In this document: piece by piece, positions 25,861 through 38,005 of the stretch
Layout of the letters: each line of letters opens with the position of its first letter
Position numbering within the stretch: position 1 is the first letter of the stretch
Assembly (NCBI GenBank): GCA_040437565.1
Contig: JBDOQK010000067.1
Coordinates: 1 to 64,000 of the forward strand
Direction: 5' to 3'
DNA from: Albugo candida
Lineage: Eukaryota
DNA length: 64,000 bases
Translations under genes and position numbers: made by a program
The notes under the pieces: generated by a model
Told to the model about the DNA's origin: nothing
The model's input: only the letters and a program-made list of their open reading frames with translations
The model's database searches: none

Positions 25861-26393
25861 GGCGTCTCAGCAATCTTACGTCACGCCTGCTCGACTCCAA
25901 GCACATAGCTCGCTGCTAAAATCAATTGATGACAATCATCCTTTGAGCTTCAATCCCTTCATAGCAATTGCAGCTTAGTCATATAGCGACACATCCCTTT
26001 GTAGCCAAGCACACAAGCACATAGGTAAACCTTGCCAGCTGTCAGTCAATACAATAGACTCTGACGCTGTGCTTGAACAGAGTACGAGGTGTCTTGCTGA
26101 TACGTGGCCTGCTGCATACTTTTTCATACTGAAACGGCCATTCTTTGCAATAAGGCGACACGTAAAACAGCTGTTGCTAATTGTCTCATCTGACGTAACG
26201 AGTACGAAGAATTCAAGCTCAGCTGACGTGTCCGTTCAATGCCACGTATGCATTCCCCCGTCATACGTCATTGAATAGCGTGTCTCTTTGTCACATATTA
26301 GTTGGAGTGAGGATCGATGACTTGGAAGCGACACTATCGACGTGGTGGATAGAGTGGTTATACCTACGCATGCTGCGAGAGGTTTCCACACTT

Positions 26394-26409
26394 TCATTTA
26401 ACAATTCTC
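26394..26409 (+). promoter_or_regulatory. Oomycete INR+FPR-like core promoter
   Basis: TCATTTAACAATTCTC upstream of ATG 26435. Confidence 0.5.
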
Positions 26410-26434
26410 TTTGCATTGATTGCAGGTCCCAACC

Positions 26435-26839
26435 ATGTCAGCTATCACCATACTACAGCGCACATTAATACGCAGAGGAGTGTTGGTGCTATGTCTCCTA
26501 CTTACAACGATATGCGAGGACCATACGACTTCAGCATTTCGATTTCCAGGATTTCGGCAAAATTTCGGTGGGTTCCCTGGTTTTAGAGGATTCAAAATGC
26601 CTTCTTTGTCAAAGAATTTCGGGCGGAATCCAAGTGGAGTACAGATGAAAAAAGATCTTATTGCAGAACAGCAAAAACTAGGAAAGAAATCTCAAAAAGG
26701 GAGAGATGAATGGGATAAGAGAAAGAAAACAGTATATGGATCGGATAATGTACCGCCACCTCCTAGTCTAAAGAAGCCAACGCTTAGTCGTGATTTGCCA
26801 CCACCTCGTCGTCGTTCACCGATCCCACCGCGTGAGTAA
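26435..26839 (+). CDS. Candidate secreted effector, 134 aa, basic and Pro-rich (TICEDxTTSA leader)
   Basis: GVLVLCLLLTTICEDHTTSA signal-like leader, an F/G/R-rich segment and a Pro/Arg-rich tail; intact ORF. Confidence 0.7.
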   Translation: MSAITILQRTLIRRGVLVLCLLLTTICEDHTTSAFRFPGFRQNFGGFPGFRGFKMPSLSKNFGRNPSGVQMKKDLIAEQQKLGKKSQKGRDEWDKRKKTVYGSDNVPPPPSLKKPTLSRDLPPPRRRSPIPPRE

Positions 26840-27075
26840 TGACATCAGTCTATACACCCGTATGGCCTTGCATTATTTTCTTTGCGCTGATTATAATTCA
26901 TGATATAATACAAGCCTTCTCTCCGCTTGAATTCGCTGTGATTTTGAAGCATTACGCGCCACGTAAAAGCATTTGATTCTATTCCTTTCATGCAAGATGA
27001 TTGGCTGATTAGACTGTAGCAGCCATTTCATTGGGTAATAACGACTTTGCAACTTGCTGGCGACAGGCAAACGCA

Positions 27076-28326
27076 ATGACATCCAAATTGCTGGCAGAAG
27101 TCTATCGATTGCATCACATTCCATTGCCTCCCATCACACTCGAAACACTGCTCCAACGAGGTCCTCTACGTCCTCCTGCTGTGAGGATAATCGACTGGCA
27201 GCAGAACGAACGAAAGTACGAGGAATGGAAAGGTACGTGGCATGTGTAAAATGACGCAAACTCTTCTAATTCACACGCAATTTCAGTGGAAAACGCACCA
27301 GCAATCTTACAAAGCGCTCAACGTTTGCATCGTGAGGTGCCAATCCGCTTAGCACGTCGAATTGTGGAACTTGAGAATTTGCCTTTGGAATTATTAGCAA
27401 TGCCAAATGTTGGGAAAATTCGAAGTCATATGCTGACGAGTTTTGAGAAAATGATACAAAGCGATGAAATACGTACGTTGGAGGACGAAGCGACGTTTAT
27501 GGAAATGCATCGTCGCATTCGCAGAGATCATCGCACAGTACACGCGGATTTAGCAGCCGCAGTGCAGGCGATGGAGAAGGATCCTTGCCCGAGTGATATT
27601 TTGGACGAGTTTTATGACTCGCGCATTGGAATACGAATGTTATTGGATCAGCATGTTGCATCCACAAAACCCGTTCTCGGCTATTCTGGACTCGTTGCGG
27701 ACTCATGCGGTCCTTTAAAGATCGCAGAGGATCTCATCGATCGAGTGACACCGTTGTGGAGATCTCAACTTGCTTCCGTACATCCCAACAACCGCGGTGA
27801 GCCGAACAAGCATTTAATTCTACCGGAAATCAAATTACTTGGAGACAAACACGCGACGTATCGATACATTCCGCAGCATATTGAGATCATTTTATTAGAA
27901 GTGGTCAAAAACGCCGTTATGAACAGTATGAATGCTTGGACAAAATCGTCCAATTTGCAGAAACTCTCAACACCTCCGCCGGTGGAAATACAATTTGCGG
28001 GAGGAAAACATGCGATTTGTATCAAAGTGTCCGATACAGGCGGAGGAATGACACGCGAAGAAGCCAATGCATTGCTTTCCTACAATCGACCGAAAGCGAC
28101 GCATATCGCACTAAAGTCTCGGGATCATATCCATCAATACGATCCAGTAGCGGCAGATTTGGAGCATCGAGCGTCCGGTCTAGCATTCTTTGAGTCGTTT
28201 GGACTGCGTGTGGCTTCACGATATGCACGTTATTTCGGCGGTGCATTGACGTTCATGCCGATGGAGAAATGGGGCGTAGATGCGTACATTTACTTAAACT
28301 GCTTGCACCAAGCTTCCAAGGTTTGA
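27076..28326 (+). CDS. Pyruvate dehydrogenase kinase / BCKD kinase family protein (one intron 27233-27286)
   Basis: EVPIRLARRIVELENLP, LDEFYDSRIGIRMLLDQH, EVVKNA, IKVSDTGGG, FGLRVASRYARYFGG; the GTACGT...TTTCAG intron keeps the frame. Confidence 0.9.
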
Positions 28327-28377
28327 TACATAGATTCCTACCTCCAAAAAAGGTAGATTTTGTGCATTTTATCGATT

Positions 28378-31300
28378 CTATTCTCTTGCTTTCTGACGTG
28401 CTTGTTGTTTGCCCTGGGCGCGGTATCGCTGACGCTTCTCTTCGCGATGGACCGAGTCAAATTTCGCTTCTTCGCGGGCTTTTCGTTTCAGACTCAATGC
28501 AATCCGCTGACTCTGTTGCGACTTTCGTGTCGCTATTCGATCGCGTTTGACGACTTTCACCTGTTGCATGAACGCTACTTTCTTCTTCTCATCGGGCTCC
28601 AGTACCACAGCGCGTTTGGAAAGATACGATTGTTTGGATTTCTTCTTGTCCACACTGGGCTTACTGGCAAACGGAAGATTCGCTTGGAGCTTTCTTGGGA
28701 TATTCAAAGCTGCAAATTTGCGTTCGGTGCGCTGAATCGGTTTGTAAAGTGAGTCTTTTTTGACGGGAACTTTGATTTTTTCAGCTTTTCGAATATCAAA
28801 TGTCGTCTTCATCAGTGAGACTGCTTCCTCCTTTGACAGCAACGAAGTGACGGGATTATAAAAGCGTTTTGGCTCGACAGGGACCCACGTCCGACAAAAC
28901 ACAATATCGCTCTTAAGGATTTTATCTTCGAAAGTCGCTCGAAAATCGCCTTTGGATCCTTGAATTGCTTTCTTCACACGACCTCGAATGCCAGAGACTG
29001 TCCGGATACTGGCACCTTGGAACTTTGCGACTTCCAGCTCGGAATTGAACATTCCTTTGATGAAAGCAGTGTGTTTGTGGATTTCAGATGGCATTCCAAT
29101 AAGTTTGAGTTTCTTGACAACGTGAAAGGTGTGATTGACTTCGAGGACGACGCCGGTGCCACTGACACGAAATCCATCAAATGTGCTCGATAAGCGTTGA
29201 AAGGCAATGACGCCAGTGTTTGGCGGTGTCACGGGGCCGTAGATGGTCGCACAGCAATGCATGTGTTCGGGCGTGTATTTGAGGTAGCGATGTCGTTCAT
29301 TTTGATCCTCAATCGAATAGATCGGCAAACTTTGAAAACGACGCCAACCGATGGAAAAGACTAATGGATCGTTCGTTTTAAGGATTTTCGAATGCCATCG
29401 ATGCTTTTTGAATCGCATTCGTACAAGTCCGAGATTCTGCTCGCCATTGGGAAGACCTCCGACGATAATTGGATTCTCAGGATTATGAAATGTGATGAAT
29501 TCCGATGGAACGCCTGATATTTCGATACGAGCGTATAAACCATTTCGAAACCCTTCCAATTGTAAACGCATTGCTTCTCCTTCCTCACCAAATTCCTCAG
29601 CTGTTCGTAAAGCGTGCTCTTCACGAAGATGTTTAGCTTCCTGTATGAGTTGCTTCATTTCGGGATCGCTTTCCTCTTCCGCATCTTGAGGGTCTTCTTG
29701 ATCTGTTGTAGCGAATTTCTTTGCTTTTTCTTCACGCATCATTTCGCGTACTTGTTGGTCTGTTTTCACATTCAAAGCACAAGTCGTCATTTCGTCTTTA
29801 TCGGTTGTATGATCGCCACACTCTAAATCTTGGAAATCGCCGTAAGCCTCGTTATCATCCAGACACTCTTCATCTAGCTCGTTCGATGAATTGCGCTTCC
29901 AGTTGCCGGTCACAAATCGATTGCGAATGCTCTGCAACTTCTCTAAAGTCGTCCAGTCCTGAATCTCTGTTTTATCGTACGACGTTTTGGCGCAATCGAT
30001 CGCATCCCAAAACTCGGAATCGCATTTCTCCAATGGACCTTTGCGTTTAACGCGAAAAAAATCATCGTCTGGTTCTATTATCTCTGTATGGCTCTGTTCC
30101 TTCGGCACTTTGGAGTCTCCGTATACGATTTCCATCAAATTCAGTTCCGATCGACTTTCCAGAAAGTGTGTGGCTGCACGTTTCGCCATTCCTTCTTTCC
30201 AACGCACATGTGATTCTTCCTGTGTGATTTCTTCTTCCTCCTCTTCATCGTCTTCTTCCTCGTCTTCTTCTTCGGACGAACTCTGATCGCCTTGAGCCAT
30301 TTCCGTGTCAAAAACCGCCTGACGTCGAATTCGACCCGAGACTTTGTCATGCACAATGGTTTCTACGGGCATTTTAATCCCATTCTGTGTGACATTGGAT
30401 GCATCATTTTCATCGGAATCAGACCCACTTTCATCATCCGTGCTATCTCCACTCATTTCAGCCGTCACTTGATCGGATCGAATTGGAATGGCTCCTTTGA
30501 ATATCGGAAGACTTGACACACCCAATCGTTCATCGAGCCCCGTTTGGATTTTCTGTAAATTTTGCATCATTTCAATTCCTTCATTTTTGTGCTCATCTTT
30601 GACGACAGCGTCTTCAGTGCCATCGTCGACAATGTCGTCACTTGGATCGGTGTAATTTAGTCGACTCAAATTGATATACATGGCGTCTTTGTCATATACA
30701 ACATTCCCGACATCGGCCATTGGAGCGTACAAAACAACATCTTTTTGGCTCAAGTGTTTTTTCTGACTCGTATCGCTTTGAGACGGAAGAGGACACGGAT
30801 CTCGTAATGCGATCACATTATCCATGAAAAAGTCACCAACGCCAGCAATGTGAATCATCATATCAGGCTTGAGGTGGGAGCCCCGAAGGTAGCCATACAG
30901 ACTGATTTTTCGATCGACAAGCGGATTCCGTTGGATTTCATCGGGATGCGTGAGGTCTTCAAAGCGGTCGACCAGCATGAATGGATGTGCGGATCGCCAC
31001 GTAAGCGGTCGAAATTTCATCCTGGCAATGTATAACGCAAGATTGTTGATCTCGCTTTTGGGGTACTTGTTACCATAAAGACCTGAAAAATAAAATAATT
31101 TGGCGCCCTGATAAATTTCCGTCCAAAATCTGTTTTTCAGTCGTTTTTTCGTCGTACGAAGTGTTTTATTTTTCTTAAATGTGTCCAAATTGGTCAGAAT
31201 TCCCATAACTTTAGGGAACCCGACAGTTTGGAGAATGTTGAGAAATTCAAATGTTTCCATTTCAAAGCCAAAACTGGCGTCAATCATTAATAAAACGAGA

Positions 31301-31815
31301 TCAGCGACTTTGGCGACATCGATCGCTCCATTCAAATCATTGGGACATTCCACCAAAGTGATTCTTCGACCCTTTCCAGTTATCATTGTGATGGGGCCTT
31401 TGACTTGATTGATGTTCTGTCGAGTATATCGCTTCACCAGTGACTGTGATAGCAACACAAGTCAGTCGATTGTATAGAGAAAAGCTCAAGGGTGGAGGTC
31501 AAGTACCCGGATCAGAGTCGATTTGCCGCTCTTTGGTGGACCCATAACCACGACCGATACAGGTGGAGTGACATTGACAGCGGTTGTCTTTTGCAATGGA
31601 ACGTATTCTTTACGATGAGAGCGATCGAGATTACGCTGAATGGTTTTTCTCGCACGTCCATTCTTCGAGACACCGAATGCCTTTGGGTTTTTACGTATTT
31701 GGGAGTCGGATGCGTTTTCTTTCTGCTTTTCAAATGCCTTACGCTGTTGTTTGTTGACCTTTGCGCCGGATTTCGACTTGCGATGGTCTTTTTTTCGCGG
31801 ATTAAGCGGATCCAT
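28378..31815 (-). CDS. BMS1: Ribosome biogenesis GTPase BMS1 (intron 31444-31506)
   Basis: [20 protein letters not shown]-loop across the intron, [68 protein letters not shown]. Confidence 0.98.
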
Positions 31816-32012
31816 TAATGTCGATAATGAATGGAGCAAAGGCAGGAAGGGAGGGTATCAGCGAATTTGTATACTTTAATCAAGTAAAAAGGTTCAACTA
31901 TATATTTATTCGAGTAAAGCAAGAAATAAAATATATTGAAAATAGTATCAAATGTGCTAAGAATAACACGTCATTGGAAGCAGAGCCTGAGCCTTTACGC
32001 GGGATTGTTGGA

Positions 32013-32843
32013 TCATGGTGCCGTTGGGAGTTTAGAGCCCGAGAATTGTGTGGTAGCGTCAGAACCACGGAAATTTGAGGGTTTACTTGATGGATCATAA
32101 AAGTTACGAGATTTACTCGATGGATCATATAAATTGCTCGGCGGCATTCCTTGACCATTAGATCCTCCAGAAGGAGCGTAATATGATTCAGGCGAGTAAA
32201 GTTGGGGTGTTCCTTGGTAATTCTGTTGTCCCGAATTATAATATTGTGGGCGCTGCTGGTCGGAAGCGGGGCCTTCCGGTTGCATATACTGGTTGTTATT
32301 TGCCATATACGCGTTTGCTTCAGGACGAGACTGGCTGCCACCTCCCGAGTAGAAATTTGGATTTGATTGTAGACGAGTCGGAGGCTGACCGCCCAATGAA
32401 CTCATGTAGGGGTTTTGTTGTCCTCCAGGCTGGCCACCCAATGAACTCATGTAAAGGTTTTGTTGTCCTCCAGGCTGGCCGCCCAATGAACTCATGTAGG
32501 GGTTTTGCTGTACTCCAGGCTGGCCGCCCAATGAACTCATGTAAAGGTTTTGTTGTCCTCCAGGCTGGCCGCCCAATGAACTCATATAAGGGTTTTGCTG
32601 TACTCCAGGCTGGCCGCCCAATGAATTCATATAGGGGTTTTGCTGTCCTCCAAACTGGCCATTAGGCGATGGTGGTAGTGAAGACGGGTGGCTTCCTTGC
32701 AGAGAGGTTGGCAATCCGCCATTTTGAGAGGAGTATTGAGAGTCTTTGTATTGAGAGGTTGGATTGTACTCATTGGATCCCGTTTCTGCGGTTACACAAT
32801 TTATAGCGAATAGTGTTCCTCCGATCGTGAAAGAGATCCTCAT
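32013..32843 (-). CDS. Secreted Gln/Gly/Pro/Tyr-rich repeat protein, 276 aa
   Basis: Signal peptide MRISFTIGGTLFAINCVTA; six 15-aa repeats G[GV]QQN[PL]YM[SN]SLGGQP. Confidence 0.85.
   Translation of the reverse strand: MRISFTIGGTLFAINCVTAETGSNEYNPTSQYKDSQYSSQNGGLPTSLQGSHPSSLPPSPNGQFGGQQNPYMNSLGGQPGVQQNPYMSSLGGQPGGQQNLYMSSLGGQPGVQQNPYMSSLGGQPGGQQNLYMSSLGGQPGGQQNPYMSSLGGQPPTRLQSNPNFYSGGGSQSRPEANAYMANNNQYMQPEGPASDQQRPQYYNSGQQNYQGTPQLYSPESYYAPSGGSNGQGMPPSNLYDPSSKSRNFYDPSSKPSNFRGSDATTQFSGSKLPTAP
32383..32652 (-). repeat. Coding tandem repeat, 6 x 45 bp
   Basis: Recurrent ccaggctggccgcccaatgaactcat units. Confidence 0.95.
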
Positions 32844-33465
32844 GCTTGCTTGGTCAAGTTGGTTTCGTTTGTTGTGGTTTGATGTAAATGCTTCGATGGA
32901 AGCAGATAAGTAAGTGAGTTACTGAGAGTACGTCTTGAAAAGCAGTTTTGCAACGTAAGCTGTAGGGTGACCCATACGAGGATACAATGCCACGTAATTC
33001 ACAAGTTTGTGCGTTATGTATGTCGGCTACGATTACTGGGTATATTTTGTTTGGTCGTGACGCGTACCTCCAAATGACGTGTCATTTGACAAGTATACCA
33101 AGCCTTATGTATTACAACACATATAGCAACTAAGTAACCTACCGTAATAAGGAATCCAGGCAGCTAGAATGAATAGATTGGACTCTACGTTGCCAAAAGT
33201 ATAAATTACGTGGGATCAGGCTTAACAGACGGTAGATTACGACTTTGCCTTGCAAGACGTGAGAGTTGCCAAAGTTTCTAAACAGAAAGGCGATGAGCTG
33301 CGTTGAGAAATGAAGTTTGAACGTGATAAGCTTTTATGTGCAATCGTTGCAGCGCGTTTATATGCAGGAACCCAAGCAATCAAACATATAGAAGGAAGAT
33401 AGAGAATATATATTAATCGATGTATACAGTGAGGCATCATGTATACCTTTCAAAAGGGTGATTTA

Positions 33466-33771
33466 CTAATAGTATGGGGATCCATATTGGCCGATAACAC
33501 TTGGAACGTAGCTGTTGTAAGCGTAGTTATTAGCACCATAGCCGTTATATCCATAGTTATTTACGCCATAGCCTCCGTAGCCATAGTTATTCATGCCATA
33601 CCCACCATAACCATTCACCACAGCTGGGTTATAAACGTATGGGTCAATATATCCGCCAAGACTCCGTCCAACGTTAGAAATGGCTTGGCTGATGGTACCG
33701 GCTTCGGCTCCGGACGCAGTGGGTGCGGAAATGGCAGCGGTGAGTGCGATGATAAGACTTGTTGCTTTCAT
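33466..33771 (-). CDS. Small secreted Tyr/Gly/Asn-rich protein, 101 aa
   Basis: Signal MKATSLIIALTAAISAPTASG; about four 10-aa repeats NNYGY[GN]GYGx. Confidence 0.85.
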   Translation of the reverse strand: MKATSLIIALTAAISAPTASGAEAGTISQAISNVGRSLGGYIDPYVYNPAVVNGYGGYGMNNYGYGGYGVNNYGYNGYGANNYAYNSYVPSVIGQYGSPYY

Positions 33772-33816
33772 GATTGTTCGTTTGAGTATTACTGGAATGG
33801 ACTTGTTTGTTTTAGA

Positions 33817-33832
33817 GAAAGTTGTGGAATGA
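33817..33832 (-). promoter_or_regulatory. Oomycete INR+FPR-like core promoter
   Basis: Minus-strand TCATTCCACAACTTTC 45 nt upstream of ATG 33771. Confidence 0.55.
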
Positions 33833-34848
33833 ACAGACTGATGGCATTTCCTCTTCTTATCTTAAAAAGTAATCAACTTGATTTTTGCAAATAGAACATT
33901 GCAAGTGTTGCACAAGTGCTACTTTATAGTCATTATCTCATACCAAAATCGTTAGGAAATTAATCGTTTGATTGGTAGTAACGTAAAGAATTCCCACATT
34001 TTTGAGTCGATTCTAGGCTCGCTATCAAATCAATAGAAAACAAATCGTTGCACTGTAGTGAAACTCACTCTTACGACTATGTGACATTTGTAAATAAATC
34101 AAGTTGGGTGCCGTGCGACATGAAGCCGCCATAGGTCGTGACTATTCAGAACGTAAACAACACGTTTTGCGAACGTATTATCCATAACTTATACCCTCCT
34201 GAAAGTTATAGTCTTACTAGGATAACTCTATAAATAGTATAGGTTATCTGCATGCTATCTCTTTATTCTGCAACCAATTTTTATCAAGTGTCTTGAGCTC
34301 ACCTTTTGAGCGACAATCACCCACCCGTAACTTGCTACAGTACATAACGTCTATGCTCCATCGCTACTGTACCTGACGCCCTTGTTCCGTTTACGGGCAT
34401 GCTCCAGCTATATTCTCCATCGCTTACTTGCACCCCGGCTGAGTGTCAATTTTCTGTAATCACGTAGTTATATCGACTACTACAAGTAGCATGTGTGCAT
34501 CTTCAGGTTGAGATAAGTACCGAACACCCATTCTTTGCAATTTGCCAGTCACATCCGAATGTAGTGTGTGGCTGCCCGCTCACAGATATAACAGCCTCTT
34601 CTTTCCGTAAAGATGAGCTGTATGAAGTGTCGCATTTGGTGCGATCCGCGTGACCGTGTACGCTACACGTCGACGTAATTATACGAGATAGCTTCTCGCT
34701 GATTGCATCCCGGAGTCAGTCGAATTAAAGCTAACGAATACGCAATCGCGACGTCGCTTGGTACATAACTCGTAAAAATGACTGTGAGACTTGATAACAC
34801 TTCACACGCTATGCTTGATATTTTGACTGTGTCCAGGTCGATATGTCT

Positions 34849-37185
34849 TCAATCCCTGTCTACCATCAAACTTGTACACGATTCTTTCTTCAAAAATGCC
34901 ATTGCTTTTTCCCACAGGAAAAGCACTTTTATTGCTTCAAAGGCTTCTTTGCTTGACCCCATCGATATTCTCCATAAGCGCTTCCGTACACCACATAAAA
35001 TGCGATCATAAAGGTATCGAAATGCTTTCCTATTGGCACTAAATTCGACAAGATAGAAGAATATCAACCAATAATCCTTCTTCGTGATTGTTGTGGACAA
35101 AATCTCCAATAACGCAGCACATAATGCATTTCCAGTCGTCGGTGTAATGGAGCTGATAACCAGCGATAGAGGATGGACGACTTGAATGAGATGATAAAGC
35201 AAGCCCTTCAACGCTATGCTGTTTTCCTCAAGTAACACGAGACGAAATGCGACTTCCAAGTCTTCTTTTCGATACGCTTCCATTAGTGCTATCTCTTGCA
35301 CGTTCCATCTCTGATTTAAGGTGTTCACACCAAGACCACACACCTGTTCGACATCGCTCGCAATATTGACTTGGTCCCCACTCTCATGCAACGTACATCT
35401 ACTCGAATCGATTTCCTCCTTTCCAAAACACAAATCAGACTGATCGCATCCAAATGCATCAGTTGGCTCACACTCATTCTGAGAGTCGAATTGTGGAAAT
35501 GCTTCATCTCCCTCAGCAAATTCCAGAATCTCTGGGGACACTGAGTCTATCTGTCTACTATTTGAGGTCGGTTGACACCACACTACTCCTTTGGGTCGGA
35601 ATTCGTATTTTGGATCAGAATCAGATCTGGGTACTCGTAAATTCCTGGATGGGAGTTGTGAATTTCGCGCCGCTTTCAGACTTGCTTGCACATGAACGTC
35701 TTTTTGGTCCAAAAGTCTTGCTTTCCATGTTTCTATAACAGCTATAGATTTACTCGCTTCGTTTCGAACATATGCGACAGAATCTTTATGGGCCGACACC
35801 ACGACGACATGTAACTCCTCCTACATAATAATTGAGACTCTTTGAGTAACCAACGTTGTGTGGACGCACCAATTCGTTTCGTATCAAGGTGATCAAGCTC
35901 TGTGTGTGGTCCTCAATAGTAAGCATTAATCTTGCCAACTTGAGGGAGTGCATCCTTACTCTCCATTCTTTACGAGGGCTATCGTAAAGTATCTGTCTGA
36001 TCATTTGAAATATTTCGGGATAGCATGAAATCACTTGAGCGGTTAGCCCAACGGTACTGTCATTACTCAGTTTCCGAGCGAGTCGAACCGCTGCAATTAG
36101 TGCGCAAATAGACGCCAATCGATCCTGTGTTTTGGTCGTGTCCTTCCATCGACATGCTGCGGTTTGCGACGCAATGATTACCGATAGACGACTTGATATT
36201 CGACGTCCATGGGCAGCGAATGCATCTTCATCGAGCGCATTTGAAGTATGATCGACCGGTAGTATTACTGCACACATACATTGAACTGCGTGCTCGCCGA
36301 GTGAGTCGGTAATTTTCGCGAATTGATTGAACAGGTTCACGACCCAATTTGCTTGAACGTGTAACTTTTCATCGATAGTTTTCACTCCACCACGAATCTT
36401 AGGAGTAATATACAGAACGAGATAAGAGACAAGTAGAACGCAAGCTCGAGTAAGATCTTTTTTTTTGTGTCGAAGACATTGAAGTGTATAATTGATGATT
36501 CGGGTCGAGAGCCGTGCGGCTGTACTGNNNNNNNNNNNNNNNNNNNNNNNNNNNNNNNNNNNNNNNNNNNNNNNNNNNNNNNNNNNNNNNNNNNNNNNNN
36601 NNNNNNNNNNNNNNNNNNNNNNNNNNNAGTGAGTCGGTAATTTTCGCGAATTGATTGAACAGGTTCACGACCCAATTTGCTTGAACGTGTAACTTTTCAT
36701 CGATAGTTTTCACTCCACCACGAATCTTAGGAGTAATATACAGAACGAGATAAGAGACAAGTAGAACGCAAGCTCGAGTAAGATCTTTTTTTTTGTGTCG
36801 AAGACATTGAAGTGTATAATTGATGATTCGGGTCGAGAGCCGTGCGGCTGTACTGGAATGTAATTTACACAATTGTGCCAGAAGAAGAACGTGTAAGCGC
36901 CGAGTGGAAACGCGTAGATGAGTATTTGTTTTTTCAAAAAACCCGATAAACGTATGCGCAAGCGTCGGATCGAATGTAGCAAGGCTCCGGCTGCAAAATT
37001 AGTCTGAAAACTAATTCGTGGTTATGAGCGTGTTGTTAAGATACGTACGATAATGCTTTAAAAACAGTCTGCTGGCAATCTGGGTCATCTAACTTTTCAA
37101 GTCGGTCGATAAGTTCGCGTACATACGTTTGCGACTTGGCTTCCTGCGAGTGCGTTCTGCTCACTCGACCAAGTTTCTCCCGCAT
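34849..37185 (-). CDS. SPIRAL2/TORTIFOLIA1-like HEAT-repeat protein (introns 36991-37048 and 35821-35869; 36528-36855 is gap plus duplicated contig overlap)
   Basis: Spliced N-terminus ELIDRLEKLDDPDCQQTVFKALSRSL...LLLAQLCKLHSSTAARLSTRIINYTLQCLRHKKKDLTRAC; later EWRVRMHSLK and HKDSVAYVRNEA..ETWK; C-terminal EDLEVAFRLVL. These parallel remembered SPR2 motifs in order. Both introns are GT-AG and frame-preserving. Confidence 0.7.
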
Positions 37186-37561
37186 AGTAAGGCAGCAAAT
37201 GAAGTGAACTGAATGTTATGAAACTGGTGAAGAAACGAAGCGACTGATGGCTATCGAACAACGCGTTGTTACACCACTTTATGTTACTATATTCCACCCA
37301 TTAAGGGGCGCTGCTTCCAGGGCTCGTTGTGTTAACATAACGGGAAGTGAAAGAGATATGGCGCAAGATGCGCTTGTATTAGAGAAAAATATATTAAAAA
37401 GCGGTATAAAAAAGGTCAGTGTTGCCCATAATAAAATAACAGTAGTAAATATCATTAGTTCNNNNNNNNNNNNNNNNNNNNNNNNNNNNNNNNNNNNNNN
37501 NNNNNNNNNNNNNNNNNNNNNNNNNNNNNNNNNNNNNNNNNNNNNNNNNNNNNNNNNNNNN

Positions 37562-38005
37562 GTAGCTACCCGGGCCAAAAGCTCCACCAGCGTAGCTACC
37601 CGGGCCAAAACCTCCACCACCGTAGCTACCCGGGCCAAAAGCTCCACCAGGGTAGCTACCCGGGCCAAAACCTCCACCACCGTAGCCTCCCATGTTAGCC
37701 TGGCCGTAACCTCCGCCATTAAAGCCACCATAACCACCAGAGGTATACCCGTTGTACCCTCTGAGATTACCACCATTCATATAGCCACCATTTCCATTGC
37801 CGTAGAGATAGTCTCCATTCATTGATGGATCGTTGTAAGGGCTTGGATAGGGAGCACCCATGTAGCCAGGGTAGGCTTCTTGATTACCATCAGCCGACTT
37901 TGTGCCAGCTTCTGGCGAATTTTGTGGTCCCATAGGTGGGGCTTCATCAGCATTGACGGAATATATTGCAGCCGCGAGCGAGAGAATGTAGGTTACTGAT
38001 TTCAT
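37562..38005 (-). CDS. Secreted Gly/Tyr/Pro-rich repeat protein, 3' end in gap
   Basis: Signal MKSVTYILSLAAAIYSVNA; 10-aa repeats Y[GPA]GG[GA]FGPGS (30 bp, at least 4 copies) running into Ns. Confidence 0.85.

Noticed and set aside
28360-31879. Many short ORFs overlapping BMS1 (likewise within DIS3L, the kinases and the CDF gene)
   Set aside because: Antisense or alternate-frame shadows of conserved genes.
32383-32652. CRISPR-like regular repeats
   Set aside because: No unique spacers, in-frame coding repeats, eukaryotic context and no cas genes.
36300-36855. Exact 228-bp direct repeat (36300-36527 and 36628-36855)
   Set aside because: Identical copies abut a 100-N gap, and collapsing them restores one ORF: an unmerged contig overlap.
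37247-37825. ORFs with VATRAKSST or ARVATLVE repeats
   Set aside because: Shadow frames of the secreted Gly-rich gene's 30-bp repeat.
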